This document shows, one piece after another, positions 8,621 to 19,200 of a DNA stretch of 29,702 bases. The notes under the pieces were generated by a model that made no database searches, was not told the origin of the DNA, and was given only the letters and a program-made list of their open reading frames with translations. The translations under genes and the position numbers were made by a program. The stretch is from positions 1 to 29,702 of the IMG/VR virus record IMGVR_UViG_3300008255_004734. One strand, 5' to 3'. This DNA comes from a virus. Its lineage: Duplodnaviria > Caudoviricetes. How positions within the stretch are numbered: the first letter of the stretch is position 1; each line of letters opens with the position of its first letter.

Positions 8621-10937
8621 ATGGATCAATAATTTCACGGGCGGTGAGTGGACGCCGTATCTCGATGGGCGAAGCGATTTGGAGAAATATAACTCCGCGT
8701 GCCGGACAATGGAGAACGTCCGGCCTTTGCCGTATGGTGGGGCCAAGATAAGAGGCGGGTTAAAGTGGGTGGCTGAAGTCTCGGACAGTTCAAAGAACAC
8801 AAGGGTGATTCCCTTCAACTTCAGCACAGGCACACAGTTTGTCATCGAACTTGGCAATTACACCATGCGGTTTTTCAGCAATGGGGCGCAAGTGCTGTCG
8901 GGTGGATCACCCTATGAGATTACCACGCCATGGATTTATACCGATGTGTTTCCACTGCAATTTAAGCAGATAAATGACATCATTTATATGGTTCATCCCT
9001 CTTACCCGCCTTACAAGCTGAGTCGGGTGGCGGATGACAACTGGACCTTGGCGGAAATTGAGTGGACCTATCCGCCGATGCGGGAAGAGAACGTGAGCGC
9101 AATCACGCTGGCGTGTAGTGCAACAACCGGAACAGGCAAGACACTGACGGCATCAGCAAGCTACTTCAATTCAAGCATGGTGGGGGGGTATTTCGAGATA
9201 CGGCATTTGCGTGAAGCGGATGCGGTGGAACTGGCAATCAATGGCACTGGTGGCGGGGCGGTGCAAAGTTCAGCACTGACGATCAAGGGGAATTGGAGTG
9301 TAGTGACAACGGAACGCTGGTATGGGGTTCTGGAAGTGCAACGGTCTGAGGATGCCGGTTCAACTTGGGTGACTATCCGCAAATTCAAGTCATCTGCTGA
9401 TCGGAATGTATCGGCATCTGGAAGCCAACTGACGGAAGCGCAATTGCGGCTGCAATATACGCCAACTGGTGATCCTTACGGGGCTACGGTGTGGGTCGGA
9501 ACTGCGCCAACCGATTTTGTGAAGGCAACGGCCAAGCTGGAAAGTGAAGAGGCATTTGTTACCGGCTTGGTAAAGGTGACTGCTTACACAAGTGCAACCC
9601 AGGTCACTGTAACGGTGGTAAACACCCTTCTAAGCACGGCTGCAACTGCGGTTTGGTCGGAAGGGGCATGGTCGCCATATCGGGGTTATCCGCGTTGTCT
9701 CGGGGTGTATGAGCAAAGACTGTATTTTGCTGGCAACTCGGAAAAGCCAATCCGGTTTTGGGGTTCGGTGACGGGTGATTTTGAGAACTATCTCTATTCG
9801 GATGACGATGACGGGGCGGTTGCATTTGATATTGCGAGCACGGAAAGCAATCCGGTGAACTGGATAGAGGCACTGCAAAAGATACTGATGGGTTCAACAG
9901 GGGGTGAATTTGCGGTTTCAGCCGGCAATCCTGATGAACCTTTGACGCCTTCCAATATTTCGGTGCGGGGGCAATCCGGTTACGGGTCGGAACTGTATCA
10001 ACCAATTGTTGTGAATGATGTGGTCATGTTCCTGCAACGCGGGGCGCGGAAGATTCGGGAAATGTCATTTGATGCGCTGAAGGACGGCTATGTGGCACCT
10101 GATCTGACTATCATGGCTGAACATATCACGTCAGGCGGGGTAGTTCAGTTGGGGCTCGTCAAGAATGCAGATACAACGGTGTATGCTGCCTGCGGGTCGG
10201 GTGAATTGGCGGTGTTGACCTATAACCGGGAGCAGAATGTTACGGCCTGGGCGAGATATGTGACGGATGGCACAATTGAAAGTGTAGCGTGCATCTATGG
10301 GGAAACAAACGATGAAGTCTGGGTGGTGGTGAATCGCACAATCAAGGGGCTGCAAGTGCGAAGCATTGAGTATTTCACGGTAGAAACAGACGTGAAGGAG
10401 GATGCTACTTATCTGGATTCTCACATTACGGGCACTCTGACTGATCCATTTAGCGGGGTTATCTCCGGACTGGATCACCTGAAGCTTGAAACGGTATGCT
10501 TGGTGGTGGCCGGGGCGGTGATTGGTGACTATGTGGTGGACGATTTTGGGCAAATAACCGTGGATACGGCTGATGTGCCTAACTTGGGGAAATACTGCGT
10601 AGGATTGCCGTATTCAGCCCGTATTCAGCCAATGAAGATGGATGTGGTTGATCAGACCGGGCCAAGTCAGGGCAAGACTCGGCGCATTTGTGAACTGTCG
10701 ATTCGGTTCAAGGACACGATTGGATGCAAGTTTGGACCGGCCTTGAACAATCTGGAAGAGTTGGGCTTTCGCACTACCGAGGATGAAATGGATGATTCGC
10801 CTGCGGTGTTCAGTGGGGACAAGACGGTGGCATTCAATGGTGGTTCAAACAAGACTGCGGACCTGTGGATAGTCCAAGATGAGCCATTGCCATTTACAGT
10901 GCTTGGTGTTGCTGTCAGATACGATTTGTTCGGATGA
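8613..10937 (+). CDS. tail tubular protein B (nozzle)
   Basis: 774 aa beginning NNFTGGEWTP.L.GR.D; GYP....YEQRL.F and GLPY motifs; ATG 8613 overlaps the stop of tubular A. Confidence 0.9.
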   Translation: MAKWINNFTGGEWTPYLDGRSDLEKYNSACRTMENVRPLPYGGAKIRGGLKWVAEVSDSSKNTRVIPFNFSTGTQFVIELGNYTMRFFSNGAQVLSGGSPYEITTPWIYTDVFPLQFKQINDIIYMVHPSYPPYKLSRVADDNWTLAEIEWTYPPMREENVSAITLACSATTGTGKTLTASASYFNSSMVGGYFEIRHLREADAVELAINGTGGGAVQSSALTIKGNWSVVTTERWYGVLEVQRSEDAGSTWVTIRKFKSSADRNVSASGSQLTEAQLRLQYTPTGDPYGATVWVGTAPTDFVKATAKLESEEAFVTGLVKVTAYTSATQVTVTVVNTLLSTAATAVWSEGAWSPYRGYPRCLGVYEQRLYFAGNSEKPIRFWGSVTGDFENYLYSDDDDGAVAFDIASTESNPVNWIEALQKILMGSTGGEFAVSAGNPDEPLTPSNISVRGQSGYGSELYQPIVVNDVVMFLQRGARKIREMSFDALKDGYVAPDLTIMAEHITSGGVVQLGLVKNADTTVYAACGSGELAVLTYNREQNVTAWARYVTDGTIESVACIYGETNDEVWVVVNRTIKGLQVRSIEYFTVETDVKEDATYLDSHITGTLTDPFSGVISGLDHLKLETVCLVVAGAVIGDYVVDDFGQITVDTADVPNLGKYCVGLPYSARIQPMKMDVVDQTGPSQGKTRRICELSIRFKDTIGCKFGPALNNLEELGFRTTEDEMDDSPAVFSGDKTVAFNGGSNKTADLWIVQDEPLPFTVLGVAVRYDLFG

Positions 10938-11332
10938 TGAAAACACGCCTTTATACACCTGAAGATTACGAAGTGATTATTCCGTGGTGGTCCGGTCATG
11001 GAAGCGGGCAAGTGCCTGCTGCGATATTGCCCAAGTGTGGACTGGTGGTGGAAATGGATGAAGGGAAGCTTGGGGCGGTGGCATGGCTATACATGGACAA
11101 CTCGGTTGGGGTGGCGTGGATGAGTTGGATGACTTCAAATCCAGAGTTGGGGCCAATCAAGGCGGCTGAAGCCCTGAGCGTGCTGATTGGGGGCATGGAA
11201 GCATTATGTGAAGAGTTCAATTACGGCATCTTGTTCACGATGACAGAGAGCAAGGGGCTTGGGCAGTTTTTGACCCGCAAGGGGTTTTCGCCAAATCACC
11301 AAGGCATGACACAATATTTCAAAAAGGTATAA
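10934..11332 (+). CDS. GNAT-family acetyl/acyltransferase-like protein
   Basis: KTRLYTPEDYE start and FLTRKGF end are GNAT hallmarks; occupies the slot of T7 gp13-like genes. Confidence 0.75.
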   Translation: MMKTRLYTPEDYEVIIPWWSGHGSGQVPAAILPKCGLVVEMDEGKLGAVAWLYMDNSVGVAWMSWMTSNPELGPIKAAEALSVLIGGMEALCEEFNYGILFTMTESKGLGQFLTRKGFSPNHQGMTQYFKKV

Positions 11333-11334
11333 CA

Positions 11335-11820
11335 ATGGGAATGGGAGCACTTGCTATTGTTTCGCTAGCTATAACTGCGGTAGGGACCGGAGTCAGTGCG
11401 TATTCGTCCTATCAGTCGGGCAAAGCGCAGCAACGAATCAACGAATATAATGCGAAGGTTAATGAGCAGGATGCTGCGAACCGTGAGCGGGATGGGCGGA
11501 TGCTTGCCAATGCGCAGCGTGCGCGGTCGCAAAAGATACTGGCAACACAGAGAACGCTCTATGCCAAGGGCGGGGTGGTTGGCGAAACGGGCTCGCCATT
11601 GATGGTCATGGCTGAACAGGCCGGACAACTTGAAATGGCTGCGCTGGATGTGGGCAGAACGGCAAATGCAGAAGCCGGAAGGCTCAAGACGCAAGCGGTG
11701 CTGGATCGCATGTCCGGCAAGGCGGCACGCCAAGCGGGAACGTTGAACGCTGTCGGGACGGTGCTATCAGGGGCGGGCAGTGTTGGGATGGGTTATGCAA
11801 ACTTCAAAAAGACCGGCTAA
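11335..11820 (+). CDS. internal virion (ejection) protein, gp14-like
   Basis: Hydrophobic Gly/Ala N-terminus, Q/A-rich helical middle, GGV...GSP motif. Confidence 0.8.
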   Translation: MGMGALAIVSLAITAVGTGVSAYSSYQSGKAQQRINEYNAKVNEQDAANRERDGRMLANAQRARSQKILATQRTLYAKGGVVGETGSPLMVMAEQAGQLEMAALDVGRTANAEAGRLKTQAVLDRMSGKAARQAGTLNAVGTVLSGAGSVGMGYANFKKTG

Positions 11821-13274
11821 TGCCTAAAATACCACTATACAACCACACGCCGGAAGGCGGACAGTCCACAAACGTCAGGGCGAATCCCAACATTTATTCT
11901 GGGGTGGCTGCTGCCGGTGAACGGATGGGGGCTGTGGTGGCCGGCATTGGCAATCAATTGGCTGATTTTGAGCTTAAAAAGCGGGAAGCGGTCAATTATG
12001 CCACGGTTCAGGATGCAGACCGGAAGATGAAAGAGGGCTGGCTGCTGTTCCAAGATGAGTTGGCAACCAATGGGGATGAAACGACCTGGGCGAGCAATTG
12101 GGCCAAGAAGGCGGCTGAGATAGACAAGGAAATCAGTGGTAAGCATGTGCCGGAGATGATTCGGCCACGGCTGAAGGCAATGTCAGATGCATGGAAGATG
12201 CAGACGGGTTTGGCTTTGAAGTCGGCTGTGACTGCGAAGGAAATCCAGCGTGCATCAGCGCAAGTGCTGCTGTCGTATGAACAGGCACTGAACGAAGGGA
12301 ATGTTGAAGGGGCGCAACAACTGATTGCGGATGGGGAAAAGGTCGGGTTGTTCAGTCCAAAGGATGTGGCGAAATACACGTCTGAGGCTCCGATGATAGC
12401 GGATCGCAAGGCGGCTCTTACGATGGTCACAAACAGTCCAATTACGGCGGAAGCTGAATTGCGGGAAAAGACTGATGGCGGCAAGCAATACAAGAATTTC
12501 AAGAATCTGGATGAGCAAAGCCGGCTGACGCTGATCAACCATGCTGAAGAGGGGGCGCGTAAAATGCGCACTGACAATTACAATGCGCTGCTGAAGCGGA
12601 ACATTGAAAAGAATCCCGCTACCGAGGATGAAATCAAGGGGATGGTGGAGCGTCAGGAAATCACGGCAACACAGGGGCAAAGCTATTTGAACGGGCAGGC
12701 AATCGGGAGATATGCGCCTCCTGGGACATTTCCAAAGCTGTCTGCGGAGATTGGTGACTATGATCCCAATGCGGCTGATGCTGATGAGAAATACGGCAAG
12801 CTTTTGGAAAAGATCACGTTTTCAAACATGGCACCTCCCTTGCAGGCTCGGGCGATAGAGAAGCTTAATGAGCGCAAGGACAAGGCCGGGGCTATCAATA
12901 CGCCTGCGGCAAACGCCGGCAAGGCTGCAATCAAAGACGCCTTTGACCGTGGCATCTATGGGGAGTTTGAAAATAAGGAAATGGCCGGCAAGGTGACTTT
13001 GGACAAGAAGCTTTATGCTAAAGCGGTGCAGATTCAGGCGGAGAATCAGGATGCACTTGCGGGTTATCTGAAGGACAATCCCAAGGCCAATCAAGCTGAC
13101 GTGGTGAAGTTTGTTCAGGGGTTGAATGAAAAGCACGTCACGCAAGACGTATCAAAGCTGTTCATGCCAAAGCGACCTGTGACAATGGGGGATGCGGAAA
13201 CAAGTGCCCGCTTGGATGTTCTGATTGAGCAATATCGCAAGGATCGCATTGAATCCAATACCAACAAGAAATGA
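11820..13274 (+). CDS. internal virion (ejection) protein, gp15-like
   Basis: 484 aa, helical, MPKIP.Y start; second of three ejection-protein genes. Confidence 0.72.
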   Translation: MPKIPLYNHTPEGGQSTNVRANPNIYSGVAAAGERMGAVVAGIGNQLADFELKKREAVNYATVQDADRKMKEGWLLFQDELATNGDETTWASNWAKKAAEIDKEISGKHVPEMIRPRLKAMSDAWKMQTGLALKSAVTAKEIQRASAQVLLSYEQALNEGNVEGAQQLIADGEKVGLFSPKDVAKYTSEAPMIADRKAALTMVTNSPITAEAELREKTDGGKQYKNFKNLDEQSRLTLINHAEEGARKMRTDNYNALLKRNIEKNPATEDEIKGMVERQEITATQGQSYLNGQAIGRYAPPGTFPKLSAEIGDYDPNAADADEKYGKLLEKITFSNMAPPLQARAIEKLNERKDKAGAINTPAANAGKAAIKDAFDRGIYGEFENKEMAGKVTLDKKLYAKAVQIQAENQDALAGYLKDNPKANQADVVKFVQGLNEKHVTQDVSKLFMPKRPVTMGDAETSARLDVLIEQYRKDRIESNTNKK

Positions 13275-16200
13275 TCAATCTGGAACAAGATGATGCACGG
13301 CTGCTAATTGATGCGGTAGAAACGGAGAAAGATGCAGCCAAAAGAACAGACATGCTTCAAATGCTGTCTGATTACCGGGACCAGCGCAAAGCGGCTGGTC
13401 TGCCTGCTTTTGGGGCTACGCCTGGGGAGAAGCGTGATACCCGGCAACGGCATGAACTGATATTTGGGGCTGGGCTGGACAAGGTTGACCAAACGCTGCC
13501 TGACGCGGAACGGGTTCAATTCAATGAATTGCTGAAGCGTTCGGCGGATCCTGAAGCGGTGAAGGCCAAAGCAATCAATCAAGCATTTGTGGCGGACAAT
13601 TGGCCAGAGTCTGCAAAGTATATTGATGGCAATTGGGAAGCGGTGAAGAAGAGTTATGCGAAACAGGTTTTTGGCGTGGATGCGGAGGAAATACCGGACA
13701 CGAAGCTTTATGGCATGATTGCTGGCAAGCTGAAGGGTGAGGCGGATGAGCGTGCTGTTGTCGGGGATATGCTGGCCCAAGTTCAGATGGAAGCGGCCAA
13801 GGGGGGCAACTTTCTGGAAAGCTGGGGGAAGGTTAGCAAGACGCTTCAGGGCAATGCGGCTTGGAACAAGGAGAACAATGACAAGTATCGTTTGGCGGCA
13901 AAGAAGGTGTTTGATGAGGCGGCTCTGAACACGTCGCCTATTCGGTCGGCAATCACGGTGGGGCAGGAATATTACAAGCTGGCTGCGGAAGGCAAAGATG
14001 CCGGGGATGCGTTTGATGCTTTTTTGCATGAACTGGACCGGCTGGAACCTGCGGAACAGGAACAGGCATTGTCACTGGCCATTGCTGGTGCGGTGGATCA
14101 TTCGGCCAAGCCAAGGGGTGAAGAAGGGGAAGCGGGGCTGATTGAAAAGACTGCGGTGCAACTGGAACGCACGATAGGGGCGTTTCCTGCTTCAATAGGG
14201 CGATATGTCGGGCAAGTAGTGTTATCGAACGTGGAACGCTCCGGTGGGGCGGATTTGGCCGATGTTGCGCGAGCCAAGCGTTATGAGGATTTGAAGGCAA
14301 AGATTACCGAAGGCTTGGTGGATGCGATTGATCCGGTGAAAAGCAAGAATCGGCTGGTTAATGGGCTCTATGATGCGATTGATTCAGTGCCATACATGCT
14401 GACGGCAAGCACGCTGATTGGGTTGCCAATGGTGCTGGTGGCGATTGCCGAGGATAGCAGGCGCAAGTTTGTGGATGCCGGGATACCTGCCAAAGAAGCG
14501 GAAGCGTTGGCAATGGTGTCGGCAATACCGCAAGCGGCGATTGAGCGGCTTCAGGGGTCAATGTTGCTGGGCAAGCTGCCTGGGGCTGAGAAGTGGCTTA
14601 CCAAGGCGGTTACTACCAAGCTTGGGCTGGCAAAGAAGTTTCTGGCGGTGGCCGGGATTGAAACCGTGCAGCAAAACGCGGAAGAAGCACTTCAGGACAT
14701 TACGCCACCAATGGTGCAAGAAGTGGCAAGCTGGTTCAGCGATGCGTATCCTGATGTAAATTGGACAAAGGAACTTGCCCAATACAGGCAAGGCCGGGTG
14801 GATACATTCTTTGCGATGCTGCCGATGGTGCTGGTGGGAACCGGCACGTCTTCATTCAAGGATGCAAGTTATGGGCTTCAGTATTTGCAGAACGTGAAGG
14901 TGATTCGCGCAAGTGGCTTTACTGATGCGGCTGCTGCTGAGATTGTGGATCGGGCATCAACAGGTGATTTGGCGGGGGCTGAACAACTGGTGAAGGACGG
15001 TTGGACGGATGCGGCGAAGCGGCCAAAGGCGGCGATTGAGGTGGATACGGCTGCGGCGGCTGGTGAAGTGGGGGCAATGGACCAAGCGAACCTAGAAGCC
15101 GATGCGGCGGCAATGGCTGAACTGGATGCGGATATGCAGGCGAGTTATGAAGAGGCGGCAAATCCGATGGGTGCGACTGCGGTGCTGCTGGAAGACGGCT
15201 CTTGGGAAGTAAAGGATGAAGAAGGCAACACGGTGGACATTGCCAGCACGCCGGAAGCGGCAAGGGAACTGGTGAAGCTGGTGGATGAGGCCGCAAACCT
15301 GAATACGGAAACGGCAATTAATGATTTGGTTGACTACTTCAATGCGCGGGCGGAAACGGGGTCCACGATTGAGGTCATGGAGCAAAGCAAGCCGCTGGCC
15401 GATAAAGTGAGTGCTGGTGAACTGACGGCGGAAGAAGCTGCGCACTCAATCCGGCTTGCGGTTCAGTTTGGGCAAATGGAAGCGGGGGCAACGGCTGAAG
15501 ACACGAAGGTGTTGGGTGAGAACGTGGCTCAGTTCAATGCCAAGGAAAGAATCTTTGAAGACGTGAGCCGTATTTACTACGGGGCGAATCCACTGACATT
15601 GGTGGAAGAAAAGGCGGAAGGGTATCTGAAGCGGCGGTTGCAGGATGGCACGCTGGATTTGAGCGAGATTGATGCATGGCGTGAGCAGATTGACGGGCCG
15701 CAAGCTGACAAGAGTTCAAGGGCACTGACGGAATGGTTCAGCAAATGGGCCCAGGGCTACATTGTGGGCAATGCTGACAATGCAGCCATACCGTCAAGCT
15801 TTCGGGCTTTTCTGCTGAAGCTGAAGCAATACTTGGGTGAGGTCATGGGTATTGCTGCGCGGTATGCTGAACTGGATGCGGCTGGGAAGCTGGACAAAGG
15901 CTTCAAGGATCACTTGGCGCGGGCGGTGGGGCTGGATGAGAATTGGCTGGCGGGTCGGGCCCGGGCGGAAGCGAAGGCGGCGGCAAGTCAGGCTGATGCG
16001 AGTCAGTATGAGGGGCGTGCTGCGCTGATGGAAATAGGTCTGCCCAAGCCAAGCGTGGCAAACGGTGAACTGAATACGCTCTGGGACTCGCTGAACTTTG
16101 TGCAAAGACAGGCACTGTTCAAAGGGAACAAGTCACTGGATCAGGTGGCTGAACTTCTGCGTGAAGATTATGGATTTGGCTGGGTGGTGGGGCCGAATGA

Positions 16201-19200
16201 AGTGCTGGATCTGGCTGAACGGGTATTTATGCGGGGTGAGAAGGTGTATGGTCAGCGTCAAGGGGATGGGGCTACCTTCAGCTTGGGTCAGATAGAGACG
16301 CCTGCTTTCAAGGCGTGGTTTGGAGATAGCAAGGTGGTTGACGCTGAGGGCAAGCCACTGGTGGTGTATCATGGGACAAAAGCGCAGATGGAAGAGGGAT
16401 TTGCATTTGATTATGGCCGCATCCAAGGGCGCAACGAAGGGGCGGGGTTTTATTTCACTGATAGCAAGCAGGTGGCTGCTGGTTATGGCACTGACGGAAT
16501 GGTGATTTCTGCCTATCTTAGTATTCAAAACCCTATGCGTTACGATCATCCGTCCTTTAAAAAAGGCGTGCTTAAAAAGCTCATTACGCGGATAGCAGAA
16601 ATGGAAGCAAATAAGCAAGGTGAGGACATTGAAGATGGTTTCCTTGCGAACTTTGGTGATGCCCGCACAGATGGACTGGCGAGTGTTATTGCAAATGCGG
16701 TGGAATTGATCGCAGGGGATGCGACAGCACTTGATCAAATAAGCGGAATTGTGGGATCTGGAGTTCAAGCAGAAATTGTCAATCGGGCCGTTGTGGAGGT
16801 CACTAAGTTTGACGGCATAATGGCAAACGGATTTAGCAATCTTGGGGTTGGCGTCCATGGGGTGAAACAAACGATCTATGTCGCGTTTTTGCCTGAGCAG
16901 ATAAAAAGCATAGGCAACCGAGGGACGTTTGATGCCACTGATCCTAACATAACACACGCCTTGGCCTCAGAGCGAAAGACGCGAGAGATTGAGCAGGTAA
17001 TGCGGGAACGGCGGGTATCGCAGCGTATTTCAACGGGCGAACACAAGGGCAATGCCTTTGATCCACGGCTTCAGGAACGCATGAAGGCCATGATGTATCG
17101 GGTGGTGTCATTGCCTGAGACTGTGAGCGAAGCCCTGAAGGTGATCCAAGAAAACGGGGTGGCTGACGTGGCACGCATTGCACAAAGCGAAACGCCATTG
17201 GTGCCACGGTCGGTGCAAGTGGCCTTGAACGCTGCGCTGATTGAGCATTACAATGCAACGGGCGAAATGGATGCAGCCTTTGAAGCGGCGGAACGCTCGG
17301 CTGAACTTGGCACGGAATTGGGTCGTGCGGTCAATGCGTTCAAGCTGCTGGGCAATGTGTTGGATACGCCGGCAAAGGCTCAAGCGTTCTTTGCACGGCA
17401 AGCCAACCGGGTGAAACGGTCCTACCGCGAGAAACAGCCTGCAATTGATGCGGCCAAGCAGACGGTGAATGATGTGCGCAAAGAGGCACTGAAGCTCTTG
17501 CAAAGCTGGTTGGATGAACTGAATGGCACGGTGAAGCTGTCCAAGCAGGCAGTGGCACGGGTCGAGGACTTGCCTAATGTGACGTTCTCGCTGTCGGCTG
17601 GGGTGCGTGAGTCTGGGCTAATCACGGTGGTTGCCAAGATGCTTCAGGAAAGCGGGGCGAAGCAAACCACTGAAGTCTTGCGGGAAAAGTATGGGAAGAG
17701 GGTTGAAGAACACCTGCCTGAGTTGCTGATTGCGGGTCAAAAGCTGATCAATCAACGGTTGAACGCCAAGGCCAAGAAAACGGCCAAGACTGCCAAGAAG
17801 GGTGATGCCAAGGCCAAGGGGGAGAAAGTCGCTCCTGATGCCGTCAAAGCGTCTGAAACGGGCATGTCCGAGGATTTGGCAGAGAAAGCAACTGAAGAAG
17901 TCACCAAGCGGCTGAAGGTTCGTAATCTTGAAACGCCTGAAAGCGTGCGTGATGCGGTCAAGAACCTGTTTAAAAAGCACGGTCTGAGCGTCACGCCTGA
18001 AGTGATTGATGAAGTGTTCAAGGAGAAGTTCAATATTCCCGGTCTGAGCGATGCGCAAAAAGTGCGCTTGGGCGAACTGGCCAAGAACATTGCGAGCACG
18101 CCTGAAGACTCTGCGGAAAGAACCGATGCAATCATTACACTGACTGACTTTGTAAACAATGCGATGGGCAAGGTGGATGCCATTGATAAGGCATGGTCGG
18201 TTTGGTATTCAAACATTCTGAGCGGGTATAATACCCATATCCGCAATACCTATGCGAATGCATGGAGTCTTACCACTGAATTGCCGGTGTCTGCTTTGTC
18301 AGTAAATCCGGTGGAGACTATCGGCAAGCTTCGGGCAATCTTTGAAGGGGGCGGGGGTGGGCTGCGCCTGGGCGCCAAAGAGTTCATTGAGCAATTGCGC
18401 ACTGGCGACACGTCTATTTTGCGCAGCGGGAAAAACAAGTTCCGTGGGAATGATGCCTTGGAGCACTCGCCTTTTGCCGGGGGCAACAAGAACCCGTTCA
18501 ACTGGTTGAAGGTGGTGAAACGTGCTTTGACTGCGGAAGACTTGTTTGGATTTGCAACGGCACAGGAAATCAAGGCACGGATGGTGGCATGGGAAATGGC
18601 CGATGTGAAGGGGTTGAAGGGTGAAGAACGCATGGCCGAGATTGAGCGGTTGCTGAATAACACAAACGATCAATTGGCTGATTTTGGTCTGCGGGCGGCT
18701 GGGGAGTGGGACAAACTCACACCTGAACTTCAGCAGGAAAATGAGAAACAAAGCTGGGTGGCACGGCGGGTGGCTGAACTGCGGATCAATGAGCGTGATG
18801 CTTTGTTGATTGAGCGGGCGTCTGACTTTGCGGCTCGTGCAATGTTCAATTACAAGCCGGACGGCATTGTTGGCATCATCGCCAATTCGCTGATAGATTA
18901 CATGGGTGCTGCCGGGGGCATGAAGATTGACAGCAAGACGGATCTGATTCTGAAGGCACTGGCAACTTCACCCAAGCTGGTGATTCCATTCATCCGGGTC
19001 GGGGCAAACGTGCTGAACCGCGGGATTGACTATTCTGGGTTGGGTTTTTTGGGTGGCAGGGGATTAGTCAAAAGCAAGCTAGTCGGAAGTGCCAAGTCAG
19101 GGTTGCGGGGTGAAGCAAAGACGGTGGATGAACTGCACATGGAACGGGCGCGTGGCGTGCTTGGTCTTGCGGTGCTGGGTATTATCGGGGCTCTGTCCAA

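Noticed and set aside
16133-16957. 274-aa antisense ORF roughly matching the ART module (possible antitoxin)
   Set aside because: No recognisable motif; long antisense ORFs are common throughout (e.g. 13304-14029) because TTA, CTA and TCA codons are rare on the sense strand.
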